A stretch of 64,000 bases of DNA from Marsupella aquatica (Eukaryota > Plantae > Marchantiophyta): assembly GCA_973895155.1 (NCBI GenBank), contig OZ316893.1, positions 23,520,015-23,584,014 on the forward strand, written 5' to 3'. The notes under the pieces are model-generated. The model was not told where the DNA came from. It ran no database searches and saw only the letters and a list, made by a program, of their open reading frames with translations. A program made the position numbers and the translations under genes. Shown piece after piece: positions 50,096 to 63,100 of the stretch (positions are counted from its first letter, which is position 1; each line of letters opens with the position of its first letter).

Positions 50096-53000
50096 ATGGC
50101 GGCTCCACCGTGGATGCCTCCTGGAGTGGTAGGCTGGCCACCCAATGGTCTTTCTGGTGGCATCCACACTCGCCTCTTGGGGTTTGTGAAGACCACTCTT
50201 ATGCGCCAATTAGTGCCTGCCGAGTCCTTGGTATGCTTTCTGAAACCTGCACTCTCTTTTGCCTTCCGGTTCTCTTTAGTTATGTAATTGATATGCACAG
50301 CCAAAATGTAAGGCATCGTTGTGTTAAGGTTTTCACGCACCACCTTTGAAGGTCCTGGACATCCCATCTTGTGTTAATGTGTTCGCATACCACCTTTGAA
50401 GGTCCTGGACATCTCATCTTGATTGATGGATTCTAAATTCCGTATTTTCCTGCCCTTGCTTGGTAACCTGATACTTCTGATTATCAACCTGAGTAGGGAT
50501 TTCTTGACTTCCTAGAACCCTAAACCCAGCAAGGTCATCTGAGTCTGCCTTGGTCAATTCTGCTTCTCAATAATCAACCCTAATTCAGGAGTTGAGGTTA
50601 CTGTGTTTGCTGGAGGGCTCATGAAAGAGGGACCCTTGCTCAATTGTATATCAACTTCGTAAAGTTCTCAAGACTAGTTCGTTTGACTCTGCCCGAGTTA
50701 TGCGTTTGTGAAAGAGCGGGCTCAATTGAGGTCGTGGTATCTGCTTCGTCGTCCGGAAACATGACTTTTACTCAATTGAAGTCACCCTTTTTTATCTATC
50801 TATGTCTTTGCTTTATGTTCCTCAACAATTTACTACCCTTGTGCCTGCTTACATTTGAGCTCAAAAAGCAGGCGTGATTAGCGGCGCCTGAATTTTCATC
50901 GAGCTTGCAACCGGGATTCGTGCAGGTGTGTGACTTATTTTGTGGTCGCGGGTTGGACACTGAACGATGGGCAGAAGCTGGAATTAGAAAATACATCGGT
51001 GTAGGTACGTGTCTTGGTTGTCAATCGGCTTTGTCTGGTACTCGTCTGGCCTGGTCTTGCTTAGTGTATAGTAGTGACAGTCTTAAGGTGCACCTACGGG
51101 TGTCAACGTTCCAGACTTGAGAGCTGGCTCGGATTTACTTAAGTGATGCAAATGTTGCTTGACAGCAGCACATTTCTGTCCGACATGCCAATTTTATTTT
51201 TGGTTGTCCAAAGCGTCTACGACTTTTGATGGGCAATTTGTGTTACACTTTGATCTTGAGGATTCTATGTCCAAGAATTTTAAAAAGCCAATTTTAGAGG
51301 CGAGGGCTAGGAAAAAATCTCAGAGGAGTCAGTCACGAAGAACTTTAAACATTTGGCCCTGAATGTGAGGAAGGCCGAGACGTATAGTGGAGGTCTCCAC
51401 ACAAAAAATCTGCCAAAAGTCATTGGCAGAATGTTGCATGAGTTGAACAGAACATCTAGCAGGCCGGCATGCATGTATAGTTTAGAAGCCACCGTCATCT
51501 GATAACTAATTTTTCAAAGTTGAGTCTGAATTTATGCTATATCCACGGACATGATCACACCATACTTGTTTTTCTTCGATTCTTCTCTGAAAGAATGGCC
51601 CCCGAGAACAATAGAATTTAGAGGATCCTGTGTATTACTAGAGTATGGGAAACATATCAAAACGGACTGATCGTCTTGTTCGTTATCTAGATTTCTTGGC
51701 GTCAGCCCTTGAGGAGGCTCAAGAACAATGGGAGCAGCGTGACAAACCTTTCCCAGCTGAATTTTGCAAGCTTGATCCATGCATGGTACTTTTCTACAAC
51801 TCTTGTTGAAAATACAGAGTCCATGGGGTTTACTCTCGTTCGCATTGGAGTGATGAATGTCCAGAATTAGAATTTGTTGGTTTACTCTGGTCAAGCATGG
51901 GATGTTTGAGGGTCTATCTAAGTTCTGCTTTTGAATCATTTGCCTTCCGGATGCTTTTGAATCATTTGCCTTCCGGATCATTTGCTGAATTTTATGTCAC
52001 TTGACTTAGGTGGGTCTGGAAGCACATTTACAAGACCAGGGCTTTCCTGCGGACATAGTCTCATGTCTCGCTCATTTGCAAGTAAGTCATTTCGAAGTGG
52101 TTTCAGTTATCAGATACTGCTAATTATGTGAAGAGTGGGCTCCCTGAATATTCTTGTCTTTGATCGAAGAGTCCATGTGATCTTTGCAGGACTCCTTCAC
52201 AAGTGAGGAGATGGTGAAACGTCTTTTGAAGAATGTTGAAGCTGTGCTCAAACCTGGTGGCTTCTTTTTTGGCACTGCTCCTGATTCTTCTACTATCTGG
52301 TACTTGACAAGGGTATAGATGGAAATAGTCCACGACAGTCCCCTATAAAATAACTGCTGTATGATGTGGACTGCCGAAGTTTTACCTCTCATCTGTATGG
52401 TCCATTGTAGATTTGTCGTCAATGTATTATCTACACAGTAGTGCTTATCTGTATCCAGAGTCATAAAAAACATTTTGAGTGCAGGTACAAGTATCAGAAG
52501 GCTGTGCAAGAGGCTATGAAAGCAGGTTCTTTGAGAGTGAATGGCACCTTACCTGTGGTTCGCACAGATATGTACAAAATTACCTTCGATGACGACAGGT
52601 CTGATTTTACAGACTATTGATGCCTTTCGTTGCTGATTTATGCTATCTGCCAGCTCTATTCTAAAATATAGCTTGCTTTAAGTGTTTGGGGAAGAGTAAA
52701 CGTTGGCTACTTTGCACAGGTTCCTTCCTTTTGGATCAAAGTATCACATGAGTTTCACAAATGATGGATTTCCAGCACAACCTCAACTCTTGGTTCACTT
52801 CCCTAGCTTGATAAGGTAAACTGGTATTCCCAAGGGTATTCCCCCATATGAACTCCAGTATCTCGAGTTTTAAATGAGTTTGTGCCAAGTCTGGAAGAAC
52901 TGATATTACCCCTATAGGCTTTTCATCGTAAGAAATGAACTGTAATATGCATATGCGAGCTCAGGTTTATTACCCCATTTGATGGGCAGTACTGAGATGT

Positions 53001-55694
53001 GATTTGGTCGCAGACTTGCTAAGGAGGTTGGATTAGAATGCGTAGAGATCCAGAATCTCATGGAGTTCTATGACGACTACAGGTAAGGTACCCACCGAGA
53101 TATACATCCCGTGCCAGTCTTCAATATTTTTATGGGGTTGGTTGTAACAGGGATCCCCGAGAAACTTAGAAGATTGTTTACTTGATGTGGTTTGATTTTT
53201 TCGTAGAATCCCGTGGGGTAGGCAAGTCTATGCACGCACTGGAATATCTATTAATACCAGTGGTCGGGTGATAAAGCCAATTGAATTTCCTTAATGCATC
53301 TTGGTTAATTTTGATGAGGTTTGGAATCTCTCGTCATTTTGAATTGCAGTGGTCCATTTTCTGATGTGTTGAGGAGCTGCTGTGGATCTTTGACGGACCT
53401 TAAAGGGGCTCCTGTGCTGGATGCTAAGGGCCGTCTTAATGGTCAGGCAATGGATGTGCTAAGTATGTCTTACTTTTCAAACTCCCTATTGGGCTCTAAT
53501 TGTAGTCGACATGTGCCAAATGTCTTGAGAATCATTCCGTTATAATTGACTAGAGCGCATCGTCTGAAGTCATGCGGGACATTTATGCGTTTCTTAACAG
53601 CATCTTCTGTTTGGTAAATTCAATACAGGATTGATCCAGTTCAAGAGAAACACTAGCCTATCTAGAATATAGTGTAATTAGTGTAATATAGAAGTTGTTA
53701 TATACGGTGTTTCAAGAATTTGGTAGATTTTAACCGCATTCGTAAACTATCACTGGCACTGTCTTCCGACTTGTTTCAAACTCCGATTTTAAAAAGGGGC
53801 ATACTCCTCTCCTTTGTTGGTCCGTAGCAGTTCAATGTTTACTTGTTGGAGGGCAAACCCTAGCCCTAACTCACGATAGCAGAGAGGAAACTCTGAAAAC
53901 ATGTCTTCTTCATGTTCAATTAAGGATGTTATTCGTTTATGTTTAGTGTAATATAGAAGTTGTTGCTTATCCAGTTCTTCAAAATTCGCAGGTTTATACA
54001 CAACCTTCATATTTAAAAAGGGTAATTCGACTGTGTCAACCAGTGTGGAGCCTGCTTTCAAGGCATCCAATTCTGCCGCTAGATATCTGACAAATTTTCC
54101 ACGTCAGAATTCTGAAAAACCTTCATACATTGTGGATGAAGAGCTGGGAAAAAGGGAACAGGAGCCGGTCAAATCAGACGAGCGTGTTCCAGTAATATTG
54201 AATAGTACTACCTCTAGCACTCTGCCCAATGAGCAGCCGCAGCACGATTCCTATCGATTTAATACTGATGCTCACATTGGGGAGTCTGGTGAAAATCTTT
54301 CAGCCAGCAGACCCCATGTGGAAACATGGCTTGAAAGGGAAGAAGAGGCGTCTGAGGTGATGCATGAAGCAAGTCCTGCCCAAAACGTTAACCAAAATAC
54401 GGGTCATTTGGACAATCACAGAGAGGGCCAAACGCAGGACCCGATTGAGGAACACTCGGCAAAGAGACATAGAAGTGAACTCAGAAAATGTTCATTTCAA
54501 ACGGACAGACCATTCGAGGATGGTCATCCAGCTGCCTTGGAACATTTACTCCAGCATCGTGACGGGGAAATACAGCCTAGAACTTGTCCAAGCAAGGAGG
54601 CTTCAAATTCAGGTTGGTATTTATGAAGCTGATGCAATGGGTTTTGCACCAGTCCTTTATGACGTTGCCTTTGCACTGGTCCCAGCCTTTGTCGCCTCGT
54701 TTTCTCACATTGATAGGTTTTGTTTGCAGATGGAAGAAAAATATCCTCACCTGAGAGTGTGAAAATCCATCCTGAGCTCTCTACTGGCGTGGGACATAAG
54801 ACATCAAGACGATTGACTACATCTGGACAACCTGCCTCAACAGGAGGACAGTTACGTTCGATGGAAATTGAACGTGTAGAGAAACTATCTCCCGCAGATC
54901 AGAGTTCCAATCCCTCAGAAGGGAGGAATGAGAGCTTAGATGAAAGCAACGGAGTTGTACAACATCACGAACCATCTGTGGCAGATCACAGTCCACGTGA
55001 TTCTCCAAAACTCAAAAATGAGAGAATGGATGAAAGCAGCAGAGGTGAAGAACAGCACGAACAACAAGATCCACCACCGGCAGATCGCAGTCCCAAGCAC
55101 TACACGCGCAGGGGCCATGAGAAGAGCGGTAGAGGTGAAAACCAGCAAGAATTATCACACGGGGATCACACTCCCAAGCATTATTTAAGGAGGACAACTG
55201 AGAATCGAGAAGATGGCAACAGACCTGAAAAGCAGCAGGATCAGCAACGGGTAGATCATCACTCGAAGCGTCATCAGCAGAGGACAGTTGAAAGTCTAGA
55301 TCAGAGCAATAGGCATAACAAGAAGGAATCATCACCAATACTTCTTACCAGGCATTATGAGCGGAGGACACATGATAACCTAGATGACACGAGCAGAAAC
55401 ACGAAACACCAGGAACCTTCTGCTATGGACAATTCTTCCAAACATTATATTCGTAGGACATCTGATAGTTCCAATGAAAGGCACAGGAGTGAGCTAACAT
55501 ATGAAAAGGGAAGACCTCAGAGTGGTCGATCAAAGTGGGTAGACAGGTCTGGCTCACAGCAAGAGTCCCATGATGTCGTGCAGTCTTCGCAAGGTGGTAG
55601 GATTTCCCGTGTAGTTGTGAAGAAGCAGCAAAATGCGAGAACAGCATACGTGGAAGATGATGCGAGGTCTCCTCATTTGAGAAACAAGGTGTAA
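50096..55694 (+). CDS. mRNA cap guanine-N7 methyltransferase 2-like protein with long C-terminal extension, ~822 aa
   Basis: Exons 50096-50230, 50926-51004, 51691-51785, 52010-52081, 52190-52299, 52485-52598, 52720-52815, 53014-53082, 53350-53462, 53992-54612, 54730-55694; phases close and total 2469 nt. Motifs: VCDLFCGRGLD..KYIGVD (SAM-binding), LKPGGFFFGTAPDSSTIW, LVHFPSLIRLAKEVGL, LYTTFIFKK. The extreme 3' end may splice to an exon at 55786. Confidence 0.92.
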
Positions 55695-56936
55695 GTATGA
55701 ATACCCAATATCTGTAGCACTATTTCTTGTGCTTCAAGACTTCGCTAAGAAAGGATGCTGACTTTCAAGTCCTATCCCTCTGTAGAAAATGACGAGAAGA
55801 GAAGGAAGATACTGATGATCAAAATCAGGTAGGATTTGCTGTCTGGTGGGTCGACTGTAAGATGGCATTCTCTTGCAACAGCTGCCCAACCATGTGCCAC
55901 GTTCTAGTGGCCTTGAAGTTTGTGTAGTTTAGACTTTGAGGACCAATGAAGAAGAGCCGATTTGGGGATGGATGCCACGAACACCTTGTCAAGGCAGTGA
56001 AACACTTATCGAAGACACGTTTTTAAGCTTACGAAAACTCTTTGAAGGCAAACTTGGGTCGCCATTGACTCTGAACCAGTTTCAGTGGCACGTGGCATGT
56101 TTTCAGGTTCTTTTTGTTCGAGCTCCTGTGAAGTATCCCAAGTGAGTAAATGACAGGATCTGTGAACATTCGTTTGTTGTAATGACAAGCTACCTTCAAA
56201 CCTAGTATTACGAAGACGGTTCCTTTTTCACAAAACAAGAAAAAATCCCTCATTCACATCATATGGGCACTGTCCCAAAGTCCTAAGTGACTGAGTAGAC
56301 ATAACATCACATGACATCTCTTATCATACCCCCCAAAGGTTCCTCTATCGCATCAGATGCAGCTTGTGTGACATGTATGTCACATGTGATGTCATATGTG
56401 AACTACACTCTAATTCCACACAGGTAATTGCTATATTGCTCGCATATACTCTACAACATGTAATTGCTACACTCTAATTGACTTCCTCTTGATCTTGAAA
56501 GGGGATTCTCTGTTGCATCAGGACAAGACTCTAAACAGGACGTGATGAGAGCAAGCTGAGGGCCTTGGAGAGGTTTCAATGGTTGTCTATGATCTTACAC
56601 TATTCTCCTGTAACATTAGTGTCTTAATAACTCTCAGTTAAAGCAGAATTGCCCTTCAAAAGCTACAGGTTACCCGTAGTTACCATTAAAAATAGATTTT
56701 TCCTGAAATTGTGGAGCTAACTAGCATGCTAGAGGAGAAGAGTGATTGAAATATGGAAAAAAGGGGAGGTCTTGGGCACTTCTCCTTATATAGGGGAAGT
56801 TGTGGTTTAAGTCAATTCTAGTTTTGAACACCAAGAGAAGGCATATGGAATGAGTGGAGGAAGAACCATAGTGGTTGGAATCACAAACTAGGTTGGCCAT
56901 GATCTCACACTCTTGCTCACACTATTCTCCTCTAAC

Positions 56937-57329
56937 ATTTGAAATTTACGTAAACTCAGAGGGCCAAAAGTCAAAGCCATTTCAACCCACCATGAGAAAC
57001 TAAGGACTCATAGTAGCCCTTATATATTTTTTTTTCATTTTTTTTTTTTCATAGAGCCCTTATTCATACACGGTACACAAGAAGGTCAGGAGTTTACACA
57101 CAACGAACGATGACAAGCTCAAAAGCACTTTGTGGATAACACAATTTCTAGGAAACTGCAATTGACAATTGCTACTGCCCCCAAGGGTGCCCAAATGTCA
57201 AAAGTCAGCTGACCCGGAGTTTTTTTAATGAAAGTTCACTTTAGGTACATTTTAGGGCTACTCTTATTTCTCATGGTGGGTTGAAATGGCCTTCACTTTT
57301 GGCCCTCTGACTTTACGTAAATTTCAAAT
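56937..57329. mobile_element. MITE-like element with ~65-80 bp terminal inverted repeats
   Basis: Left arm atttgaaatttacgtaaactcagagggccaaaagt..gccatttcaacccaccatgagaaa..agtagccct. Right arm agggctact..tttctcatggtgggttgaaatggc..acttttggccctctgactttacgtaaatttcaaat. No clear TSD seen. Confidence 0.8.
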
Positions 57330-58187
57330 TCCAAGCAGCTGAGGAAGTAGCTGGACAAGACAAGCGCTCCAAGCAAGCAGACAAAGTAGCCAACTTTCCT
57401 TCTTCCATAGGCTAATTTTTTATCCAGAAAAAATGGTTGGTCATGCCATAACATACTTTTTCCACTCTCATACCTGTTTTTTCCCTGGAGTAGTTCACTT
57501 TCTGTGCTAAGGTATCTCACCATGATGAGTGGCCAAAAGTGCAGGTGAATCACTTTAGAACCCTCGGTTTACGGGAAACTTTTTATTAGTCTCTAAATAA
57601 GTCTCCAGTAAGTCAATTGAAGTTTTTAACACCAAGAGAAGGCCTATGGAATGATAGAGGAGGGAAGAACCATTTGGTTGGAATCACTAACTATATATCA
57701 ACAATTATATTGGATATTGCGGTTGTACAATGAAACCATTCATAACTTGTTCTGCAATCTGAGGATGGCACTGCTCATTTCATCATAACTCGGTGACTTT
57801 CCTCTCATTGGTCTAGACAAACCTGGTCTCGATATATCCAACCCTCTCTATGAGGGAAATGCTTACCTACAGTTTTCCATCTGTCCTTGTTTTATCAGTC
57901 TATTCATTAAAATTGAAAAATTCTTTGATCTTTGGACATTTGGGCACCAAAAAATATATTTTGGGGCACAAGAATTGTTCGTTTGGGCACCAGATCATGT
58001 ACATTTGGGAGATCAGGGTTGTACATAGGGGGAAATGAAATATTAATTTGAAGTTCTTAGTAATTGTTTGCAATGAAATATGCACACTAAATCCTATCTT
58101 TCTCAACTCATTTTGAAATTGATAAACTTGCTAATTATCCTGCTGGTCTCAACTTCAGTATATTAATATTGACTTATTATAGACTCA

Positions 58188-58690
58188 CTAGCCCCATGCT
58201 TGTGCGTTTCACAAAAGATATTGAGGTGAAAAAAATGTTGGGGTGTAAAAAAATGTTGATGAGAGAAAATGATGTCAAGGTGAAGAAAAGAAATCAAGGT
58301 TGGAAAGAAATGGTGAAGTGAGAAATTATGTAAACATGAGGAAAAGATGTCAAGGAGAGAAAAAATATTGAGGTGAGAGAATGATATCAAGCTAGGCGAG
58401 AAAAGATATTGAGGAAAAAAATGATGCAGACCGTGAGAAAAATATGTAGTTGTGAGATAAAAATGTCAATGTGAAAAAAATGACTAGATGAGAAAAAAAT
58501 GTCAAGGCAAGGTACAGATCTAGAGGAGAGATAAATATGTAAAGATTAAAAAAAATGTCTAAACAAGAAAATATGTAAGGCAAGGCAAAAGCATATTGCG
58601 TTGCGATGTAGTTGTTGATGCATGTTATGTGTGGTCGCAGTCAAACACTCATTACGATTGTGTTCAATAACCTGTGTGTTGTAAATAACA
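58188..58690 (-). mobile_element. Helitron-like non-autonomous element (reverse orientation)
   Basis: On the minus strand: ~21-bp unit array, then tgtgaaacgcaca hairpin, 9 nt, and CTAG|T at 58191-58188. Homologous to 35285-35573 and 36040-36447. Confidence 0.65.
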
Positions 58691-60129
58691 ATTGGAAACA
58701 CGAGATAAAGACCACTACATCATATAGTCCAGGTACAACTAAATGACCATTTATTTTAAGTTTTACATTTTTAGAGATATAATTGTTTATTTATTTATTT
58801 ATATTCAAAAGTTTTTCCAAAAATTCTTTTTCAATCCTTGTTGATATAAATAGAAATAAATTATTTTTTAAGCAAATATTTATCTTGGGCAAGTGAGGGG
58901 TTTGGGCAGGTATTTGTTTTACATATAGTGTATGAATCAATACCATAATGTTAAGAAATTAATATTTTGAGGTGTTTTCTTTTTTGTGAGTTTGTAAACA
59001 ATGATCACACCTTTGGGACAAGATATTATAGTCGTAAATCATATATGATCTTGAACAGCAAAATTAGTGAAGAAATATTTGTTGTTCAGTAAATGGAGTC
59101 TCGTCTCGGTCCTTCTCGGTCCGTCGAGGTTAGTATATTTTAAGCACTTCCGAATATATTATACTGAAAAAATTCCTCCTAGGATTGATGAGTCTTTCGG
59201 AAAGGGTTGATGGGCTGGGATATTCTACGTCATTATTTCCTCAGATAATAACAACTCACAATGACACACATGAGATATCACGTTAAAATCTCAATAATCC
59301 TGTTTGACATGCAGAAAAACTGTGCAGTCCATTACCATCGCAAAAATAACAAGAATGATTACCCAATGTATAATTCTAATTCTCAAAGGAACTTAACATT
59401 CTCAATTCTTCACTTCGGGTCCCATCTTCTGAAAGAAGGTTTTTTTGGGGAGGAAAGCCTGCTTTTGATTGCGAATAGTAGAAGCGAATAGTAGAACCAC
59501 GAAGGCTCACATATCATTTACATATTGAACTCTTTGGCACAATGATGAGCTAGCCCCACGACAACCCACACGAGCGCGCACAACCGCAACAGGAAGACAT
59601 TGAAAAGGACAATCAGGATGGGTGGGAGGTAGAGACTGTTCTCATGAACCTCCTCCACGTCAGAATGTCACTTATGTAGGCCACCACCTCTACAGACAGA
59701 TTTCGACGCCAGGAAGGGACTGGCAGCTCAATCCATCCCAGATGGTTCAGATGGGGAAAAGCGGGATTCAGAAGATGAACCCTAGAGTAATGCAAGGTGA
59801 TTTCAGTAGCCGAACACCAGCTCCAAAATTTCCGTCTAGCGACCTCAATGCTCCATGTAGATTCCCTCATACGAGAACTTTCCTGCATCATTTCAGCCCT
59901 CTACTCTATTGACATTTCCAGATAGTTTCAGCCCTCTACTCTGTTGACATTTCCAGGGTTGTAAGCGTATATTGTCAACATCATTTCCAGGCTTTAAAAA
60001 CATGCACATTGAATATAAAACTTCTACCCTCTGAATGTCAGCAACCATTCTAACTCTTCCCGTCCAAAGATCTCAGTAGGTAGGTACGCCCTTCGTTCCA
60101 GGACGGCTACCTCCCAAAGTCTGGAAAAC

Positions 60130-63100
60130 CTAAAACTTGAAATCCTTTTGTTTCTTCGTTTTGCCCTCCTTTTCTTGTGCTTTTCGCTTCCTTTTCTTTT
60201 CAGCCTGAACAATAATCAATCAATGACTACTGAGTACACCAACTACGCATCCCGGGGTAAAAGCAGAGCGTACCTAACTCAAATATGGTGAAACATCCTT
60301 CGACATAGAAAACGTCTAGTCTAGACGTAAACTTGTTCAACTGGCGGAAAAATTACAGCAAAGTTTCTCCAGTTTGAATTTCGAAAACTCTCACGGATGG
60401 AGTGGTTTAAATTTACCTCAGCAACCATGTCACTGAAGTCCTCCCTTTGAGTTTGTAAAACAGCCTCCTGACTGGCTTCCTCATACCTGCAGTGCAAATA
60501 AAATAAACGCAACCAAGGTGGTGTAAGAATATCGTACAAAAGCTTGAGAGCCACCAGGAACGTCTAGACCAAAGCATAAAGGTATCCAGTTACACTATGG
60601 AACTTGTACTGGCAAGAAAGAATTGGAAAGCAATGGTGCCAGTGAATGACAAGAAAGGCGGTGGAACGCTTACTTAGCAGCAAGAGCCACGTCGTCCAAG
60701 CCTTCCAGCTCCTCTGGTCGAAGAGTAATGTCCACTTTATCGGTTCTCTGGCTCTTGAGGAGATCAACCTACGACAAAGAAAACCCAACAACGTTAAAAG
60801 ACATCCAGGATTATGCATCCATATACACAAGGAAAAGACTTGATTCCCAGCGAAAAGAAGGACAATCTCTTTGTCTAGCTGCAGGTATTTAGAACACAAT
60901 CATTAGAGTTCAGTCCGTCGTGCAAGAGGAGATCCAAAGTACCTTCTTGGCTGCAGCTTTTTCTCCTCCAGTTGGTAGCACATATCTAAACCAAGCACAG
61001 GAGACGGTCAAAAGGAAATCACGTCCACAGGACACTCTAAAAGCAGTGGCACTTCCAGACGCTTCTACACTAATTGCAGGAGCAACAAAAACATTGCAAA
61101 AATCCTCAGTTATGACCCAATTTAGTAGTTCATATTGGATGTCCAAACGTAAGAATCGTGAAGACAAGACTTCGGATGAGGCCTATCTCCGCTAGAGTCA
61201 GTACAGCAAGAACGTGTATTCTAATACCATTCTTTCGTGAAGCTTCACAACATCCTCTCCAGGATTTATCCGTCCCTCACACCATGAGCAGGAAAGGAAA
61301 GGAAAGGAAAGGAAAGGAAAGGAAAGGAAAGGAAAGGAAAGGAAAGGAAAGGAAAGGAAAGGAAAGGAAAGGAAAGGAAAGGAAAGGAAAGGAAAGGAAA
61401 GGAAAGGAAAGGAAAGTACGTATGACTGGTGCCCAACAGTTGGCCGGGTTGAATACGTTCTTCTTTCTCTTCCAAAACCTGCAGAGACCCCAACACGCTC
61501 AGCAAGACAGCTAGTGATTGTTGACAATAACAGAATATGAATGGACAAACCGGAAGTCCAAGTCTATCCGTGGAGGGAATGTGTACGTTGTGCCACTAAC
61601 ATTCTGTAGTGAGCACATAAGTATCCAATCAATATAATTAAAAAGGAAACAGTGAACATTGGATGAAACCATGCCTGGTACAACTGCTTTTCTGGTTCCT
61701 TCCGCTGGGCCTTCCGGAGATCAATAACATCTGGAGTTTCCACTCCGGTAGGAGTTCTGCAAACATCACGATATTTTACTGTTATGTCCAACTTGACTAG
61801 ACATCCGCTAAGCACACCAAATTACGGTTTACAGGAAACAAAAGGTTAACTATTGGCAAAACCAAAAACTTCATTACGAGACTAAGCCAAGTACTGGTAC
61901 GCTTACGTTGACAGACTGTCAACTGATGTTATGCCATCTTCCAGAGCATCTTCGTCAACTTCGTCCTCCTCTTCCTCTTCCTCCTCTTCCTCCTCTTCTT
62001 CTTCCTCCTCCAAGTCACCCCAATGCTTCGAGCGGTCAATTGGTTCCTCCTGAATCAGATCAGACAAACAGATCAGCTTGGGAACTTTTAGTTTCAAAAA
62101 CCTACCTCAGCGGATTCTTTTGTAATAACAGCAATTGACTTTGACGAGAATTCTCATACCTCATAAAGGTCAACTTCTTGATGTTGAACACCAAAAACAT
62201 CTCCATATAGTGGTCTTCCGTACTGAAAAGGATACAACCGAAACATGAGAAAATTGCACCATAGAGCTGATGCATGCAGCTTCAGGATCCAGAGGCAACG
62301 TAACATCGCTCTACTCAACTTGAAGCTCACCTCATCGACAGGGGGTTTTCCCCAGCCTCCTGGGTGGTACCCAAAAGATGCTCCTTCCGGAATGGGAGCA
62401 TTTAGGCCAGGAATCTTGAGGTGAGGATATGAAGGAGGAGGACCATACCTCTGCACATCCCACATAGCACCGAGAGTCAACGACATATAGGCTGATTGTC
62501 ATGCCATATGAACGACATACTAGCTGGAGGCAGCATTGGCCGTTTATCAAATCCTCCTCGCGCACCTCATTCGCTGCACAAACTCAAAATAAAGATAGCT
62601 GATGAATCTCACCTGCATATTGATAAGCCATGGAGGGGGTGCACCCTCTGGCATTCCCAAAGCATCCTTCACTTCTTGAGACAGATGCCCTGGTTTCATT
62701 TCCCTTAATTTCACCTGAACGCAAACAATCAACAGAGAATGAGCATCAAAGCTTATAGCCAGCCATGACACATGCGGTTAAGTGGTTGCATACGTGGGTT
62801 ACACAAAACCTAGACTGGGATGACGTAAACGAACTGATTTCGGTCGAGCTTCCATTTCAAAAGTTACAAAAGTGGAGCCGAGAGGGAAACCCGATGCCAG
62901 ACCTCAAATTCTTTTCCTTCATGGTAAAGATCTCCATGAGATGTCAGCTTTGGCTTCGTTTGGAATTTGAAGAAGGCATCATGCAGAACCTGACGTAAGG
63001 CAGCATAATCGTTAGTGTCAGAATAAGGTAGAACAACGTACATGTCCACGCACAAGACCTTCATAAGCATATATCAAGATAACCACATAGGGTAGACTAT

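Noticed and set aside
53789-54070. Protein-like 93-aa antisense ORF
   Set aside because: It has a non-ATG start, overlaps the cap MTase intron 9/exon 10 on the opposite strand, and has no recognisable motif.
61158-61548. ORFs with KGKER or FPFLS repeats
   Set aside because: These are translation artefacts of the (GGAAA)25 microsatellite.
62458-62495. snRNA promoter USE-like atcccacatag
   Set aside because: There is no properly spaced TATA box, no snRNA-like sequence downstream, and it lies antisense within an SF3B2 intron.
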